Positions 28,958-32,000 of a DNA stretch of 32,000 nucleotides are shown piece after piece. Under the pieces are notes generated by a model that was given only the letters and a program-made list of their open reading frames with translations, was not told the DNA's origin and ran no database searches. Source of the stretch: Trichodesmium erythraeum IMS101. Lineage in GTDB: Bacteria; Cyanobacteriota; Cyanobacteriia; Cyanobacteriales; Microcoleaceae. The DNA is taken from positions 6,780,001 to 6,812,000 of the forward strand of contig NC_008312.1 of NCBI RefSeq assembly GCF_000014265.1, read 5' to 3'. The position numbers and the translations under genes are program-made. Within the stretch, counting starts at the first letter, position 1, and each line of letters opens with the position of its first letter.

Positions 28958-31726
28958 ATGTCTATTATTGAAATGAGCAAAACTGTCACCCTTAATGAAG
29001 CTAGTGCAGTAGCAGAAACTTCTACTATAGGAGCCGCTACAATGGATAGTACAGCAACCACTGTTACCTTCAAGGAAAAAAAAGGTGGGGTTGTTATTGC
29101 AGATGGAAAAACTAGTGGCATAAAAATAGTTTCCAGGGACAATATGATAACCGATGCAGGAGGGACAGTCGCCCTCACTCTGACAGAAAAAACTACAGGA
29201 ATACACTTAGAAGATAATGTGATCTCAATGACTGGGAATGAAACAGAGGCTGTGGTAATTACGGATGAGACTAACCTCCAACATCAAGAAGCAGGGATAA
29301 ATAAGAAGGCTATCTCTACTAACCTCAACCTTGGTATCTCTAATGAGTTAGACTCTCCACAAGAAATAGTATTTATAGATTCTAGTGTAGGAGGTTACGA
29401 GGAGTTAGCTAATGGAGTTTTACCAGGAAGAAAAGTAGTTATTCTGGACTCTTCCTTAGATGGTTTCGGGCAAATTGTTAGAGTTCTCGAAGAGCATCCT
29501 CAGGTTTTATCTATACATATAGTTTCTCATGGTACGCCCGGCTCTTTATTTTTGGGTAATAGTGAATTCAATCTCAATAGTATTGATAGTAGTAATACTC
29601 AGACTCTGGAGTTAAAAGCCCTCTCAGTAAAGAATATATTGCTCTATGGATGTTATTTAGCTGCGGGACCTTGTGGTAGGGAATTTATTGAAAAAGTACA
29701 TCAGCTGACAGGGGCGAATATTGCCGCTTCGGCGAGGTTAACTGGTGGTAAGTTTTTGGGCGGTGACTGGGAGTTGGAGTTTGTTAGAGGTGAGTTGGAG
29801 GTAGTTCTACCTTTCACAAAAGAGATACAAAGAACATGGGGTTATGTTCTTTCAGCTTTTGAGGACAGACCAGCAGTATATCAAATCAGAGAAGGTGTAC
29901 TCAAAGAGCTAAACCCATTAACAAGAGAGTTTATCGACATTGGTGATACTGGCATCGCAAGCATAAATGCAGCAGGTCTTAACCGTGCTGATAATTACAT
30001 GTATGCCATGGAAAGGGTGACTGGCACTAGTCATAGACTTGTGAGAATAGACTCAACCGGTACTGTTGAATATGTCACAAGCAGTGGTGGTACAAGTAGC
30101 AACAGCGCCGATGCTTTTACTCTTACTACAGCTAACAGCTCAAAACCTGCTGCTGGAGATGTAGACGACAAGGGTTATTTATGGGTAGTCTTTAAGTCAG
30201 AGGATGAGGATAGTATAAACTCATCTGTGTACCGGATCAAACTTACTGATCCAAGTCACGTCTCTACAGGTGAGATAAATACTATTTGGACTAACGTGGA
30301 CTGGCATGAGATAGCAGAAGACGTAGCCTATGTTAACGCTGATGGCAAAGACTATCTTTTTGGCGTCAATAGTGTCGGTCGAATTTTCGAAATAGATATC
30401 AGCGCTGCTGCTGTTGATCAGGACGTAAACACAATAACCCAGCTTGTGCCCGACATGAGTTCAAGCGTAAACATAAGGGACGCTAATGGTAATAGTACCA
30501 CAAATCGGCTTATAGGCGATTTTATTAGTTTTGATCCCATCACTGGTGTTGAGCGGAGTAATTTTGAAGCAGCTTGGACTGGTTCTGAAGGGGGGTTATA
30601 TGTTAGTAAGAATGGGCAAGCCTATAACATGGCTAACTTTAGTCCGGATGAACAACCGGACCGAGCGGCTGAAGAACTTGTTTCTAATACAGATGGACAG
30701 AATATTAGGGAAACTGATGGTGTGTCGACGAGTGACCTAAGCTCGGTTTTCCATATCCCACTAATAGACTTAAATGGCACGGAGACAGGTGATAAGAATC
30801 TTGATGATGTAGATTATGATGCAGGTACGTTTACAGAAGGTGATCCTGCGGTTGATATAGTCGAGACGACAACTGGCACGGTTCCAAATCCAGAAAATCC
30901 CTCAAATCCCGTTTTTAACAATGGTCTAATTATCAAGGATTACATAAATATAAGCGACCCTGATAATATTACTACTGCTACTAATAATAATAACAGTGGT
31001 GTTGTTTCTGCTGGCGATAGGTTAGCTACAGCAACTGTTACCTTGACTAATGCCTATGATGGTGACGAGCTGTTAGTTAGTAGTGCTACCGTGGCAGATG
31101 GAGCATCAACAACCGTAGGAAGTATAACTATTGCACGTGCAGGTACAGGAAATACGGCGGGAACTAATAATATAGCTCTGACTCTTACACCTACAACAGG
31201 AACTACAGCTAGTGTAGATGATTTTAACGCAGCAATTAAAGCTATTCAGTTTAAAAACACTAGCGAGGCTCCAAACAATACAAACAGAACTATACAGTTT
31301 GTCCTCACAGATGCAGATGGTAACACATCAGATGAAATTTTCGGCCCAGATAGCGGCGGTCGGAAGCATACTACAACAGTCGCTGTTCAGGCAGTCAATG
31401 ACGCTCCCGTATTAGACTTAGATGGGAATAATAGTAGTACCGCTACAGGCAGTGACTACAAAACAACTTTCACAGAAGGCGGAGGAGCAGTAGCCATAGG
31501 AGACAGCGATGTTAGTATCACAGATGCAGATGATATCAACATAGAGTCAGCCACAATAACATTAGGCAGTCGACCAGACGGAGATACAGTAGAAAGCTTA
31601 TTAGTCAACGGTACACTACCAGGAACAATATCAGCAGGTGCTTATGACAGTAGTACAGGAGTCATAACACTCACAGGCAGCGCTACATTATCTCAGTATC
31701 AGGCAGCCATAGCCCAAATACAATAA
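28958..31726 (+). CDS. Giant surface/adhesin-like protein: DUF4347 domain, a central Ser/Thr/Asp-rich region, then cadherin-like ~147-aa modules; the reading frame breaks at 31724-31726
   Basis: EIVFIDSSV..YEEL........VVILD...DG..QI...L.......SIHIVSHG.PG.L.LG...L...........L......ILLYGC..A.G..G..F......LTGA.IAAS....G....GG.WELEF matches DUF4347. Later modules are delimited by VNDAPVLDLDGNNS. Confidence 0.85.
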   Translation: MSIIEMSKTVTLNEASAVAETSTIGAATMDSTATTVTFKEKKGGVVIADGKTSGIKIVSRDNMITDAGGTVALTLTEKTTGIHLEDNVISMTGNETEAVVITDETNLQHQEAGINKKAISTNLNLGISNELDSPQEIVFIDSSVGGYEELANGVLPGRKVVILDSSLDGFGQIVRVLEEHPQVLSIHIVSHGTPGSLFLGNSEFNLNSIDSSNTQTLELKALSVKNILLYGCYLAAGPCGREFIEKVHQLTGANIAASARLTGGKFLGGDWELEFVRGELEVVLPFTKEIQRTWGYVLSAFEDRPAVYQIREGVLKELNPLTREFIDIGDTGIASINAAGLNRADNYMYAMERVTGTSHRLVRIDSTGTVEYVTSSGGTSSNSADAFTLTTANSSKPAAGDVDDKGYLWVVFKSEDEDSINSSVYRIKLTDPSHVSTGEINTIWTNVDWHEIAEDVAYVNADGKDYLFGVNSVGRIFEIDISAAAVDQDVNTITQLVPDMSSSVNIRDANGNSTTNRLIGDFISFDPITGVERSNFEAAWTGSEGGLYVSKNGQAYNMANFSPDEQPDRAAEELVSNTDGQNIRETDGVSTSDLSSVFHIPLIDLNGTETGDKNLDDVDYDAGTFTEGDPAVDIVETTTGTVPNPENPSNPVFNNGLIIKDYINISDPDNITTATNNNNSGVVSAGDRLATATVTLTNAYDGDELLVSSATVADGASTTVGSITIARAGTGNTAGTNNIALTLTPTTGTTASVDDFNAAIKAIQFKNTSEAPNNTNRTIQFVLTDADGNTSDEIFGPDSGGRKHTTTVAVQAVNDAPVLDLDGNNSSTATGSDYKTTFTEGGGAVAIGDSDVSITDADDINIESATITLGSRPDGDTVESLLVNGTLPGTISAGAYDSSTGVITLTGSATLSQYQAAIAQIQ

Positions 31727-32000
31727 ACAACACCTCGGAAAACCCAGACACCAGTGCTCGGACCGTGACCGTAGTGGTGAACGATGGTAATGTTGATAGT
31801 AACACAGCCACAACAACAATAAATATTACTCCAGTCAATGACGCTCCCGTATTAGACTTAGATGGGAATAATAGTAGTACCGCTACAGGCAGTGACTACA
31901 TAACAACTTTCACAGAAGGCGGAGGAGCAGTAGCCATAGGAGACAGCGATGTTAGTATCACAGATGCAGATGATATCAACATAGAGTCAGCCACAATAAC
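31394..32000 (+). repeat. Near-identical 440-bp tandem coding repeat inside the giant gene
   Basis: 31394-31560 and 31834-32000 differ at a single base over 167 nt (TACAAAACA versus TACATAACA). Confidence 0.9.
31726..32000 (+). CDS. Continuation of the giant repeat protein in the +2-shifted frame (runs off the window)
   Basis: The codon phase 31726, 31729, ... reads NNTSENPDTSARTVTVVVNDGNVDSNTATTTINITPVNDAPVLDLDGNNSSTATGSDYITTFTEGGGAVAIGDSDVSITDADDINIESATI with no stop. This is homologous to the preceding module. Confidence 0.75.

Noticed and set aside
31718-31730. Programmed ribosomal frameshift at the giant-gene frame break
   Set aside because: I see no slippery heptamer or stimulatory structure. 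The 440-bp versus 441-bp module arithmetic points to a simple 1-nt loss or a sequencing error.
28958-32000. Considered a diversity-generating retroelement (template/variable repeat pair) because of the near-identical repeats in a surface protein
   Set aside because: The window contains no reverse transcriptase. The repeats are tandem in-frame modules, and the only difference seen is a single A-to-T change rather than adenine-specific hypervariation.

Overview
This is an AT-rich cyanobacterial chromosome segment. It carries the form-IB RuBisCO operon rbcL-rbcX-rbcS on the minus strand and about a dozen GCGATCGC (HIP1) palindromes, and its gene content looks Nostocales-like. Genes I consider intact: the 3' end of a DUF218/YdcF gene, a small Pro-rich membrane protein, an MsbA-type ABC exporter, leuB, a TIGR02450 Trp-rich protein with a 204-aa unknown partner, an SRPBCC protein, rbcLXS, a zinc-ribbon Ser/Thr kinase with a polytopic C-terminus, an XPB/Ssl2-like helicase, an HtrA/Deg protease, a small secreted Cys protein, an RND permease, and the start of a giant DUF4347/cadherin-like repeat protein. 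By my own sum of the ORF coordinates, these cover only about 57% of the window. The rest is ORF-free AT-rich sequence in tracts of 0.9 to 2.5 kb that hold recognisable gene relics: kinase fragments, a hydrolase C-terminus and a frameshifted signal peptide. There is also a degenerate IS903-group IS5 element with a 9-bp target duplication, inserted into an already frameshifted gene. This pattern fits a genome undergoing erosion. I found no CRISPR array, tRNA, rRNA, reverse transcriptase or obvious defence operon, and no convincing novel multi-gene system. The most unusual signals are non-coding or repeat-based. (1) A paralogous ~130-nt leader element sits at the same distance upstream of both rbcL and rbcS. 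(2) A 162-bp, codon-phased tandem repeat forms the helicase C-terminal tail and continues as decayed copies past a CAA-to-TAA stop. (3) A 119-bp x3 tandem array lies upstream of the giant adhesin gene. (4) That gene contains near-identical 440-bp modules, one base short of 441, which coincides with an apparent frameshift. (5) The RND pump appears to lack both TolC-docking subdomains and has no adjacent adaptor gene.
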